Positions 51,380 to 63,882 of a stretch of DNA of 64,000 nucleotides are shown here, piece by piece. The stretch spans positions 68,937,232 to 69,001,231 of the forward strand of contig NC_058134.1 in the NCBI RefSeq assembly GCF_016433145.1, in the 5' to 3' direction. Below the pieces are notes generated by a model. It worked only from the letters and a program-made list of their open reading frames with translations. It searched no databases and was not told where the DNA came from. The position numbers were made by a program, and so were the translations under genes. Source of the DNA: Gracilinanus agilis (Eukaryota). How positions within the stretch are numbered: the stretch's first letter is position 1; every line of letters begins with the position of its first letter.

Positions 51380-52720
51380 TTATCTTCTCTATAACACAGT
51401 CAAATGTCTTTTCCAGTTTCTAAAGCTAAAATCCTTTCTCCCCTGGGTGGCCAGCTTCCTCAGTGGGAGCCTCTGAACTATGGCATTGCCGATCAAGCCC
51501 TTCTGTTGGATACTTTCTCCTCTCTAAGCTTCCATGTTGCTGTTTTCTCTTGGTTGGTTCTCCTCCTACCTGTCTGACTGCTGCTTCTCAGTCTCTTATG
51601 CTGTATCCTCATCCAGGTCATGGCCATTCATTCTGAGTGTCCCCCAGCCCAACTCTAGGGTCTCTCTCAGATCTTTTTTTTTCTCTTTATATGACCTCAT
51701 TCATAAAATCCCATGGATCAAATTATTATCTCTAAGTAGAAAACTCCTAGATCTATATACCCAGCCCTGCTTTTTCTCCTAACTGTCCAGACGTGTATAG
51801 CTGTGTTCTGGACATTTTGAGCCAAATGTCCCATAGGCATCTCCAACTTGACATGTCTAGAACAGAACTCTTTTATCTTCCCCAAGTCAGCTGAACCCTC
51901 CCTTTTTGCAAACTTCCCTCTTACTGTAGAGGGCACCAGCATCCCTGCAGGCACTTAGACTCAAAGCTTTGGGGTCATCCTCCATTCTTCATTCACACTC
52001 ACTCCACATCATTTCTGCCTTCACATCACTCACATTGTCTTCTCTCCACTCACACAGTGAACACCTCCACATGGCCCCTCATTGCTTCATGCCTTAAGCA
52101 TAACAATAGTCTTTTCTGCCTCAAGTTTTTCCCATTTATACTCTATTCCACTTCACTCCACAGAACTAATCAAGTTATCCACTCCCCTCTCCATCACCCC
52201 CATTTAATAAACTCCAGTGGGTCCCTGTTACCTCCAGGATCAAATATAGAATCTTTAGTTTGGCATCTAAAGCCCTTAATAACTTGGTTACTTTCTACCT
52301 TTCTAGTCTTCTCATAGTTTACTCTTCTCCATGCACGTCATGATTTGGCTCCATTGGCTGCCTTGATGTTCCTCAAGTTCGATTTCCTGACTCTGTAACT
52401 TTTCAGTGACTATTCCCATGCCTGGAATGCTCTCCTTCTGGCATTTGTAACTTTAAGACAGTTCAAAGTCTGCCTTTTGTAGGAGACTTTCCCATCCCCT
52501 CATTGCCTCCCACCCTGACTCCCTCTGAGATTACCTTCCATTTGCACTATAAATATCTTGTCTATACAGGTATCTGCATACCATCTCCCCCATTCACCTG
52601 TGAGCTCCCCGAGGACAGGAACTCTGTGTTTGTTTTGTTTGTTTATTTTCTTGCCTTTTTTTAAATCCCTGAAACTTAGCACAGAGCCGACGTTGATTTT
52701 TATTAGTTACTTCTATGAAA
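51380..52720 (+). mobile_element. L2 3' 1.3 kb
   Basis: catctccaacttgacatgtc...gcctggaatgctctcc...gtgagctccccgaggacagga, L2 3' end. Confidence 0.88.
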
Positions 52721-53494
52721 TGTGGCCAACTACTTTGTAAAATTCATCAGAAGATAGACTTCTTTGTAGAGAGCCCTAGATAATGTCTCCTGCCTGCTTC
52801 GTGGGTGCTATATTCAGTGTCGATGAAGCAATGACCCTGGTAGATGCTGCTATAAAATATAAAACATTAATAAATGGGGAATTGTAAGGCAGACCCAGAC
52901 TTTCTACACGATTAGCCACAGACAAGGATTTATGAAGGGGGTGTTGACCTACAAAGACTATTAATATGGAAAAATTTTCCCTCCACAATTCCCTTTTTCT
53001 GCTCCTTCTACTAGAATTGGCTTTACTTCACACTGAGCACAAGGGGGTGCTAATGGTGAATAACTGATTTAAGCTAATCTACCATATTATTCCAGGCTCA
53101 GCTTATCATCAGGAAAACTAGGTCTTTTGACATCCTAAGCCTGTAGTATTTGGTGATAAGAATAATGACAATGTCCTATACTTAGTGTGGACAATTGGCA
53201 GAGGTGGGATTCAAAGTCAGCCCTCTGCCTAACAATGCGGTGCTCTGTCCAGTACACCAGGAGAGCTTTCCCAGGGTCAAAGAACCATCTGTTGTCAGGA
53301 GTAGGGAAAAGCCACGTGGGAGTACAAACTTCCAAGTCAGCACTCTTTTCCCTTTACCTGAGCCTTTATAAACCACAAATTTATGTGGAATCAACTGGAG
53401 TCCCTCACGAACATAAAGATATACTTAAGGAGTTACTTCTTTTTCTTTTTTTCCTCTTTCACAACTAAAGCCTCCAGGTACATAGATTAGCATT

Positions 53495-53620
53495 TTAAAA
53501 AAAATCATGAGAGCCAGACCAAGAGAGACAAGAGTTACTGGGTTCAAATATGATCTCAGACACTTTTTAGTTGTGTGACCCTGGGCAAGTCACTTAACCC
53601 TCATTGCCTAGCCCTTACTG

Positions 53621-53659
<39 letters not shown>

Positions 53660-53715
53660 TTGCAGTACTGATTCTACACAGTAGTGATACTAAGACAAAA
53701 GGAAAAGGTTATTTT
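53495..53715 (+). mobile_element. Older SINE1-like copy with internal T35 run (53622-53656)
   Basis: gttcaaatatgatctcagacac...ctgggcaagtcacttaaccctcattgcctagcccttactgc(T35). Confidence 0.8.
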
Positions 53716-55289
53716 TTAAAAATCAGACTTATGGTTTCACTGGCATAGGGAACACCACAGGAGAAAAGAATCTTTTCTGAAATCTGTAGTCTTAGGGAGA
53801 GGGATTGGGGCCCTAAGGTTAAGTGGCTTGCCTAGAAAGCCAATAGGTGCCAGAAGGGAGCCTGAATTTAGGTTTTCTGTATTCTGAAGCACTCCAAGGC
53901 TGTTTTTTGCCTGGCATATAGTGGGTGATTGATAAATGCTTGTCAAATATACATTTTCAATACTTTGTCTTTGATATTTTGTCTCATTTAATCCTAACAG
54001 TCATGGTATAATGTCTTCCCTAACATCACTCAATAGGATCATATAGAGTCATAAGATCATAAATTCAGAGCTAGACAAGTACTTAGGAGATTTAGTCCAG
54101 GCCCCATCCCTGATTTCACAGAGAAAGAAAATGAAGCCCCACAGATGGGGAGTAACTTGACCTAGATTATACAAATAAATGTTAAATAAAATAACAATAT
54201 GTTTATTTAACAAAATGTTAACAATACTTTATTTAACAAAATGTTAAATAAAATAACCAAGAATAATAAAAGTAATAAAGGTGAATAGTTACAAGTTGAA
54301 TCTATCTTCTCTGAATTCCAAAGCCAAGGTTCCTCCCACTATCCCATATAAGATCTGAAGGTAGAAATTATGAGAATATTAAGGCTCCAAGTAGTTCTGT
54401 GATTTGCCCAAAGTCACAAACAAAATAAGTAGAACTGGCACACAAAAGTCTTCGATCTTCTATAGCCAATCTTTTGTCACTATTCTGATGCCACCTCTCA
54501 GTGTCGATAAGTATGTCAGTGGCATTTTTACTGGCAACACATCATATTAAATAAGTTAGTCTAATGATGCTGATAGCTTATGGTGGTCCCAGCAGCAAAT
54601 TTCCCAAAAAGTAAACCAAGGTAATGAAATAAACACACTAAAACTTTTTTTAAACTTTTAAAAACTCTTTTTAAAATTCCCATCCACTTTACCATGGAGA
54701 TGATGGTCTCATTGTCAGACTCATATATACATTTTCCATTAGTCCTTTATCATTAGTCCTACATTCAAATGATAACCTTCCTACTGAACAATTTTATTTT
54801 TCATTTCTTTAAAACACACATCCCAAATATTATTTGTCTTTTGCAAGTGCTTAACCAATATGTAGGTCTTTTGAAACACTTTATTTCATACACATCAGCT
54901 TCATTGTGAAGTCAACAAGCTTTTCAGAAGTCTACTTGATTAATTTCTTTGTATTCAACTGAATGTGACCCAGAGTTGGCATTAGTACACCTACTTCCGA
55001 AGTTAACAACATCATTTGCAGCATAATTAAGGTACCTGTATAATCATTTCTGAAGTATTCCTCACCAGCTCTTGAAGCTGCATAGAAATATGGTCACTAT
55101 CCAGAATTATGATGTATTGTATGCAATATCTTACTGGAGGGCCAGGGATTTAAAATCATATCATTGTCCTAACGTTACTCCAGAGGCAAGAGGAAGCCAC
55201 TGACGTTAATTGAATCCATGAGTCCCATAGTCAGAACTTCCAGTGAGGAAAATTAATTTGGTGTAAGATAGACAGGATTGGAAAGAGAT

Positions 55290-55443
55290 TTGGATCAAAG
55301 AAACCAAATTAGAATCTAGGTTAGAGGTGATGAGGATGTGAATTAAAGTGGTTTCTATGTAAGTGGTGGGAAGGAATCAGATCAAAGAGATATATAAAGG
55401 TAAACACATCAAGATCTGGCAACTGATTAGATATGTGAGTCTG

Positions 55444-55531
<88 letters not shown>

Positions 55532-56150
55532 GTAATGCAGGAAAATGCCAAGGTTATAAAACTGAGAAAGTGGAAAGATAATGGTGCATTCTATAGAAAT
55601 AGGGCAATTTGGGAAAATGTAAGGTTTAGGGGAAAAGATGAGTCCAATTTTAGATACATTGAATTTAAAAAGCCTCCAAGAAATCCAGTTTAAAATATCT
55701 AATGGAGAACTATGGGAAAGGTGAGAGACTAGGGCCAAATATACAATTCATGGAGTCAACTGCATGGAAATTATAATTAAACCCACTGCAGCTAATGAGA
55801 GAGAAAAGAGGGCTTAAGATAGACTTTGGGGAAATGCCTACATTAAGTGGTTGTAATATAAATGATGAGTCAACTAAAGAGACTGAAAAAGGAATAAAGA
55901 TATATAGGAGCAGAAAAGAGTATCATGAAAACCCAAAGATGAGATATAATCTAGGAGAAGAAGATATGCAACAGAGCTGAGGACTGAGAGAAAACCATGA
56001 GATTTGGCAATTAACAGATCACTGATAAATTTGTAAAAATCAATTTCGGTTTATCTATGAAATCAGAAACCAGGATGCAAAGGTTGAGGTGTAGGTCATC
56101 TTAGAAAAAGTGGGAGCAGTGATAGCAAAATGGCTTGAAAATAAAAGTTC
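55290..56150 (-). mobile_element. L2 fragment containing a compound (TG)n(GA)n microsatellite (~55440-55527)
   Basis: gagtccaattttagatacattgaattt...gagactagggcc, reversed L2. Confidence 0.8.
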
Positions 56151-58124
56151 TCAGTCAATGAGTGACCTTGCCCCTAATTACTGAGGATCACTTTATTGCT
56201 CTAAATTAACCATTTGTATTATAAAGATCTCCCACATAGGTCTATACAGGGGCTCCATCATGACATGGAGGTGATCCTGGAATTTTCAACTGAATAGAAC
56301 CTCTGGTGGGTTCTATCATGTTGGAAAAGCTTTGAGCATGACTCTTCCCTGGCAGCTATTGTCTTTCCTCTTACCCTCATAAGGCAAACATGGTAAAAAA
56401 AAGAGTTATTTAATAATGGTTATTTAATAATATCCCTTGTATCGATTCAGTAGTAGCAGTATTAATAAGGAGACAACTGATGGTCAAGGGTCACTAAACT
56501 CAACTTTGGAATCAGGAAGACCTAGACTTGAGTCCTTAACTATGCTAGCCTAGGCAAGTCATTTCATCTCTAGTTTCAGAGCTCATTCTACAATGTGATG
56601 ATAGCTTGGCATATTTTCCCCCTTTTACAGAATGGGAAGTTGAAATGTAATCAGGTTGCATAACTTATTCACAGTGTTCTTATGAAAGAGCATTGAATGC
56701 AATCCTTTTCTTAATAGACAGCTAGCTGATGCAAGGGATAGAGCATTAGATTTTGAGCTAGGAAAAGCTAGCTCAGACACTTACTAGTTTAATGATCCTA
56801 GTCAAATCACATAACCTTTTGTTGACTTGGTTTCCCTATTCACAAAATGGGGTTAATAATAGCACCAACCAGGGTTGCTGTTAAGGTCAAAAGAGATAAC
56901 CTCTGTAAAGTGCTTTGCAGTATTTTAGAATACTATATAAATGCTATGATTGTCATTATTAACTTTTCAGTGCTCCAGGCATCTCTTTAGGACTATGAGT
57001 TGCAGACTAGTTTGTCTTGAGTCAGTGAAGAGAGTTTATACATGAGGAGTTCCTAATTCTGATGAAAATACAGGTCCAGACTAGAAAAATTGAATGAGGA
57101 AGAAAGTCTCCACACAGCCAAAGACCATCTCAGAATGGATTAACTTGGAATAGCAAACAGAAAACCAATTCACTACAGTGATTAAAGCTTCTTTCCCAAA
57201 TCCACACACTTAAAATCTTTAAATAATTTAAAACTGTAACCTAAGGAACTCAAATAACTTTTACATATTTCAGTTCTATTTTCATCATCAAAAATCATTT
57301 TTTTTGGTGCAGTGCCTGCTGCCCATGGAGGTGGTAATGATGGTGTAAGGTCGTCTACTACTCAGGGAATTTTCTCTTGTTTGGCTGTGCCATGTGGTGT
57401 GTTTGATGTTAAATCCAAAGTGGAATTATTGTGCCTAGGTTGGAAAGGGGAGTCATTCTGTACAAATGAATAATGATCCTTCTTCCTAGCACATTTCTGA
57501 CTAGAAGAAAGAATACTAGGGGAGAAGAAATGGGTAATGTGAGGTGAAGCAAATCTACTCTCTTCTTTCCAGTATAGAATGGATAGTCTAGGGACAATGA
57601 TCTTATTTTGTTTTCATGGTGTCTCTGGAAGCAAGTAACAGTAAACAACCAAAACTGATGTTTCTGTCATCTTTGACAATACTCTTTATATACACAATCT
57701 CATTTAAATCGCCTGAGCTTTCGATGTCAAGGAAATTAGACTTGGGTTGTTGCTAAGCTCACCATTAGAAAATAACAAAGATAAAAATTTGACATGTGTT
57801 TTCTGACTCCAAATCCAGTGTTCTTTCTGTCACGTCTTCATTGGTATTTATATTCCCATTTAAAAGAATAAAAAACCAAGATGTGGTCAGATTAAATGAT
57901 TTATTCAAAGTTGTGCAACCAGTGGAGGAGTGCCCAGTGAAACCTAAATGCCTTCTCTCTCTGCAGTAAATTGTATTGCCCACAAAATTCTTCTGAATAC
58001 ATTTTATAATAGTATTTTAATGTGTTAAATGATTGGTGAATATTCAGAACTCAGATAAATAACTTGTTTCAATATTTAACATTTTATGATCCATTCAGAA
58101 AGTCCCAAAATGTTGACTAATGTG

Positions 58125-58900
58125 CCTCATTCATTCATTCAACTAGGGTTTATTAACTGCCTACCACATGCCAAGCACTGTGCTATACATAGAGAACACA
58201 ACAGCAGAGACAAACAGAGCTTCCATTCTACTGGGGAACAGGAACACGGCTAAGGAAATAGAAAGTAACTTTCAGGGGGAAAGGGCATAAGAAACAGGGC
58301 ATTAGAATAGTCTTCATTTAAGAAGATTTCACATGGACTTAAACCTTAAAGGAATGAAGGCTATCTAAGAGTTTGAGATGAAGAGAGAGGAGTTTCAGGT
58401 ATGAAGGACTGATGATTATACGGTCAAGGAGATAAAGATTGAATGGCATGAACAGAAAATATCAAAATTGGCTGAAATTCTGAGTACAAAAAGGGAAGTG
58501 ATGTTCAATAAACCTGGGAATGTAATCTGGAGTCAGGTCGCAGAAGGCTCCAAGTGCCAAACAAGGGAGTTTAGAGGCAAATGGGAGCTATGGGATCTTT
58601 TTGAGCAATAGAATGATAATTAGATCTATACATTAGAAATATCAATTTCACAGCTGTATGGATTGGAAAGGGGGTGGGGAGAAATACAGAGACAGAGAGG
58701 GGAGGAGGGAATGATTGCTGGGGTAAACTCCAAAAGTAAATGAGAAAGGATGGGATTGGTCATGATGAGGAAAAGTGACACAATTTGGAGCTAAGGAAGA
58801 GGATAGAAGATTTTGTCAAGGGATTTTGAGATGTAAGATAGGAGAAAAAATGGAGCTCATAGCAAATAGTGTCTATTTTTTTATTACGATATAGCAAGAG
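58125..58900 (-). mobile_element. L2 3' fragment
   Basis: cattcattcattcaac...ccacatgccaagcactgtgc, reversed L2 end. Confidence 0.8.
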
Positions 58901-60139
58901 AGTGAAGGAAGAGGGTGATGCTGGAAGCTTGAGGAGAGAACAAAAGTTTAAGATAGGTAATCAATCAGAGAAAAATAAAAGGTTTGCCTTTCTTCAATGA
59001 GGGAATGGTCTGCAATTGCATATTAGATTATAAATGCATTATACATTCTCTTTATTTAATAGAGTGTTAACAATGAAATCTGACTTTAGTATAAGCCAAA
59101 TATTTTTAAGAGTATCAATAAATTTGGCATTTTAAAGTCAATAAAGCATTATGTAAACAGTTCATCTTTATAAAAGTATCTGTGTACAAAACCAAAAACT
59201 TCTGTGGTTAAGATTGTTTCAGATAAATCAGTGATGACTAATCTTTATGATTACTTCAATAGCCAATGTAAATGCTGCTCATAATAAATATTATTTGTAA
59301 TTAATATTGTATATTATCTTTTAAATCATTCTATTAACAATTACATTAATTATAGCATCATTTAAAATTAGAATTCATGCCATTAAGATGTTAACAGGCA
59401 GCTCCAATTAGAAAACATAATCCTTGGGCAGAGATCTAGTGCTTAACCATAAAAGGGGTGAAAAAAATTAGTAAGTTTAGTTTGAAATCTGTAAATAAAC
59501 CCATTGCATGAGGCATCATTCCCCATTTCCTAAATCTCTCTGGTCGCAAGACACATAGGACTCATCAGATCCTGCCAAGGGACCAAAGTTATTCAGTAAA
59601 GATGGTGTCCCTTACAACAGGGTCTAGAAGAATAACCTCACATCCTGAGATTGGCTTTGGTAATTGAATGAATGGGACCCAAACTAACTGACCTGAGAAC
59701 TTTATAAATATCTGTGAGTTGGCTACAACAATTTAGCATCAGACAGCTATAATATATAAGGGTACGATAAAGTGAAATTAGGATAGGAAATTAATCAATG
59801 AACAAGCTTATTTATTAAATGATGATAAAAAGCAAAAAGCAAAAACAGTCTCTGCCCTCAAGGAATTTATATTCTGAAAAGGGAACAGGTATATCTACAT
59901 ATACACATATGAAATATGCATAAAGTATATGGAAGGTAATATTTTAGGGGACCAAGTAACCAAATCCTCAAACATATTAGATAGGGAGATAGATATAATA
60001 GACAGGTCATTAGTGAATATTAGCTAAAGATGTAATATAAAGGGAAAATATTAGAAAGGACTATTTTAAAACAAAAGTAGTAAGTTTTGGAGCTCATTAC
60101 AAACTCTAAATGAATCAAAAAATTTAGACACTTAATAAA

Positions 60140-60410
60140 TGATAGAGTATTGTTGGTGTTCAGTCTTGTCCCAACTCTTCATGACCCCATTTGGGTTTTG
60201 GGGTTTTTTTTGGCAAAGATGCTGGAATGGTTTGCCATTTCCTTCTCCAGTTTATTTCATAGATGAGGAACTGAGGCAAACAGGGTTAAGGGACTTGCCC
60301 AGAGTTACATGGCTGGTTAAGTGTCTGAGGCAAGATTTGAACTCAGGAAGATGAGTCTTTCTGACTTCAGGCCAAATACTCTATCCTTTCACCACCTAGT
60401 TGCCTACAGT
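60140..60410 (-). mobile_element. MAR1 SINE
   Basis: gtcccaactcttcatgaccccatttggg...ggcaaagatgctggaatggtttgccatttccttctccag. Confidence 0.88.
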
Positions 60411-60716
60411 GAGGTTTTAAAGGAAAGCTATAGTTATTTGGAGCATATTTCCAATCTCTGCAGGTTGATTTCAAAGAGAACAAATCTGCCTCTCACAGAA
60501 TATTCTTTGATGCCATCAGAACCAAAATGTGTACCAGGCTTTTCACCCAGCATAAAAATTCTTGTTTTCATATTTTTCATATTTTCAGAAGAATAAACTA
60601 TTTGTATTATATTTTGTCCTCCCAAAAAGTCCTTTTTAATTAAGTTTCCTTGCAATGAAATTTTCTTCCAGCTCTATGCATTTGCAGTTCGATGATATGA
60701 CTTCCCTGTCTTTTCT

Positions 60717-60904
60717 TTTCTTTTCTTTTCCAAAACCCTTACTTTCCATACTGTGTATTGGCTCCAAGGCAGAAGAGTGGTAAGGGGTAGGCAATGGGGG
60801 TCAAGTGACTTGACCAGGGTCACACAGCTGGGAAGTGTCTGAGGCCAGATTTGAACCTAGGACCTCCCATCTCTAGGCTTGGCTCTTAATCCACTGAGCT
60901 ACCC
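60717..60904 (-). mobile_element. SINE1_Mdo-type SINE, slightly 5'-truncated, 17-bp TSD
   Basis: TSD acttccctgtcttttct at 60700-60716 and 60905-60921. Confidence 0.93.
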
Positions 60905-60924
60905 ACTTCCCTGTCTTTTCTCCC

Positions 60925-61715
60925 CCTAACCCTACCTCTTCTTCTAATTCTCCTATTTCTGTCACAGGCACCACCATTCCCCTGGTCACTTAGGTTCTTA
61001 GCTAAGGAGTTATGCTCAGCATTTCAGTCCTGCCTCCATATCCCACCATGTGTCAAATTTTGTCATTTCTCTTCCTTCAGTATCTTCGGGAACTGTTTTT
61101 CTCTCCTCAATCCACAAACGCCCTGCTCTAGGTGTTCATCACCTCTTATTTGACCTGTTGCAAAAACCTTCTAATTGGTCTTTCTCCTTTCCAATCTGTC
61201 CTTTACATGGCTTTTAAATTGACATTGCTAAAGCACAGGTCTGACCATATCATCACTTTACTCTCCTGCTCAAGAAGCTTCAGGGACTCTCCATTGCCTC
61301 TGGGTTAAAATAAACCAGTCTGAATAATACTGAAATCTGACTCCAACCTAACTTTACAGGTTGGTTACATAATATTTCTTTCCCCAACACATCCTACCCC
61401 TGCCCAATAGACTCCGTTTTGGCCAAACCAGCCTACTTGCTGTTGCCCAGACGCAACATTCCATCTCTCAAGTCCATGCCTTTGCATGTGTAGGTTGTCC
61501 CCATGCCAGGAATATTCTCCTTCTCAACTCCTGTTTCTTGGAATCTTGTTCTCCACATGGCTCAATCCAATTGTCACCACCTTCTAGAAGCTTTTTCCTT
61601 ATTCTTGTATCTATTAGTTTTCTCTTCCCAGCACTAGGTCCCTTTTTCAGATGCATCCTCTATTTTTCTTGTCTGTGTATGATGTCTTGTAGGACCTCTT
61701 TTTATACAACGGATA
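60925..61715 (+). mobile_element. L2 fragment
   Basis: gctaaagcacaggtctgacc...gctcaagaagcttcagggactctccattgcc...ccatgcctttgcatgtgtaggttgtcccccatgccaggaat. Confidence 0.8.
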
Positions 61716-61791
61716 TGTTCTGAGAACCTTCACCCAAACTGAAAACCTCACACAATAGCAAACCCCATTATTTAAAACCAGTGTCTTAAAC

Positions 61792-61982
61792 CAGTGGTTC
61801 CCAAACTTTTCTGGCCTACCGCCCCCTTTCCAGAAAAAAATATTACTTACCCCCCTGGAAATTAATTCTTTAATTTTAATAGCAATTAATAGGAAAGATA
61901 AATGCACCTGTGGCCATCACCGCTCCACTGGATCGCTGCAGCACCCACCAGGGGGTGGTGGCGGCCACTTTGGGAATCACTG
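61792..61982 (+). mobile_element. hAT/Charlie MITE, copy 2
   Basis: TIR cagtggttcccaaa...tttgggaatcactg; TSD tcttaaac/tcttaaat. Confidence 0.92.
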
Positions 61983-62384
61983 TCTTAAATGAACATACCT
62001 AGGAACTATTTTATGACTTCTCTTAGGCTTATCGGAGCTACCAGCACCACTCCTCTTGTACTCTGGGAGCATTATTAATAACTAAATATTGTTAAGGAAA
62101 CAAAGAAAAGCACTGCTCTGTCATGGGCACAACTTGTTACAAGCAATAACTCTGGGCAAAGAGTGATGCAGGAGCTACTGTCTGGTGCAAAACAATGCCA
62201 TGACTCATACTAATGCTTTTCAGAGTAAGAATGAGCATTATTTGGCAACCAGCTGTGAGCCTTTATGCTTCTTGGGAAGATGGCATGAATTTAGCACATA
62301 GCTAACATTTTTTATTTTATGTATTTTTCTGCCTTTATTTTTTCAATTGCCAATCATGTGTACCTGAATTTGTATGCATTGGAT

Positions 62385-62855
62385 TTGTGTCCTACTGTAA
62401 GTCCTATTAGAAGCTCCCCAATAGACCAGAAAGTTACCAAATGTATATATATATATGTATATATATGTATATATATATATACANNNNNNNNNNNNNNNNN
62501 NNNNNNNNNNNNNNNNNNNNNNNNNNNNNNNNNNNNNNNNNNNNNNNNNNNNNNNNNNNNNNNNNNNNNNNNNNNNNNNNNNNNNNNNNNNNNNNNNNNN
62601 NNNNNNNNNNNNNNNNNNNNNNNNNNNNNNNNNNNNNNNNNNNNNNNNNNNNNNNNNNNNNNNNNNNNNNNNNNNNNNNNNNNNNNNNNNNNNNNNNNNN
62701 NNNNNNNNNNNNNNNNNNNNNNNNNNNNNNNNNNNNNNNNNNNNNNNNNNNNNNNNNNNNNNNNNNNNNNNNNNNNNNNNNNNNNNNNNNNNNNNNNNNN
62801 NNNNNNNNNNNNNNNNNNNNNNNNNNNNNNNNNNNNNNNNNNAAAGTTACCAAAT

Positions 62856-62913
<58 letters not shown>

Positions 62914-63480
62914 CCTTTGATCTGACTAGCCACTATATGTCTATAGCTATATTCCCAAAGGAAATGATGAGGAAAATGATCTGTGTATCTACAGCAGCTC
63001 CTGTCATCATCGCCCCAAATTGGAAATGAAAGAGGCATGTTCCTTTGGGGGCAGTGACTAAATAAATTATGACATATGAATGGAATGGGATATGGTGGTT
63101 CCATAAGAAATAATGAAATGGATAGTTTCAGAGGAATGTAGGAAGACCTCTATAAAGTGATAGAGTGAAGTGAACAAAACAAGAATGATCATAATGATAA
63201 AAATTATGTCAGAGAAAAAAGAACTTTGAAAGACGGTAGAACTCTGACCGACGCTTTGGTAAAGTGTGAGTCCAAAAGAATGGAATTAAAACATGCCAAA
63301 CACATCTTTATAGAGAAGTGATGAATAAAGACATACATTTTCAGACATGGCTAATATGGGAATTTGTTTTGCCCAAATATGCAGATATGTATTGAGGGAT
63401 TCATTTTCTTTTTAGATTAACTTATATGGAGGTAAAAAAAAGAAGCAAACTAATAAAAGAAATACTTGAAAAAAAATTTA
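62385..63480 (+). mobile_element. Old L1 3' end interrupted by (TA)n and a gap
   Basis: cccaaattggaaatgaaagaggcatg...aaataaattatgacatatgaatggaatgg...gaagacctctataaagtgat. Confidence 0.75.
62484..62842. other. Assembly gap (359 N) with duplicated flanks
   Basis: aaagttaccaaatg(ta)n at both 62430 and 62843. Confidence 1.
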
Positions 63481-63559
63481 ATGTAAGCTCTATGAAGAGA
63501 GGAACTCTTTATTTTTTTGTTTGTATCCCCAAAGCTTAGCATAGTGTTAGGCACATAGT

Positions 63560-63882
63560 CAGGGGCAGCCAGATGATGCAGCAGCTAGAGTGCTGGACCT
63601 AAAGTCGGGAAGACTCATCTTCCTGTGTTCAGATCTAGCTGCAGACATTTACTAGCTTTATGCCTTTATTTTTTCAATCTCCAATCGTGTATACCTGAAT
63701 TTGTATGTGATTCTGGGCATGTGACACTGGGCAAGTCACTTAACCTCGTTTGCCTCAGTTTCCTCATCTGTAAAATGAGCCAGAGAAGAAAATGGCAAAC
63801 CACTCTACTATCTTTGCCAAGAAAACCCCAAAACAGGACCATGAAGAGTCAAACATGGCTAAAACAACTGACCAACAATAAC
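63560..63882 (+). mobile_element. MAR1 SINE inserted in an L2 tail, with 11-bp TSD
   Basis: TSD aggcacatagt at 63549-63559 and 63883-63893. Confidence 0.88.

Noticed and set aside
57240-57400. Faint resemblance of DDLTPSLPPPW...DDENR (and of 1440-1540 LEKVVRG..LH) to filovirus NP segments recalled from memory
   Set aside because: Only a few residues match, spacing to neighbouring motifs is inconsistent, and nothing extends. Treated as chance unless tBLASTn says otherwise.
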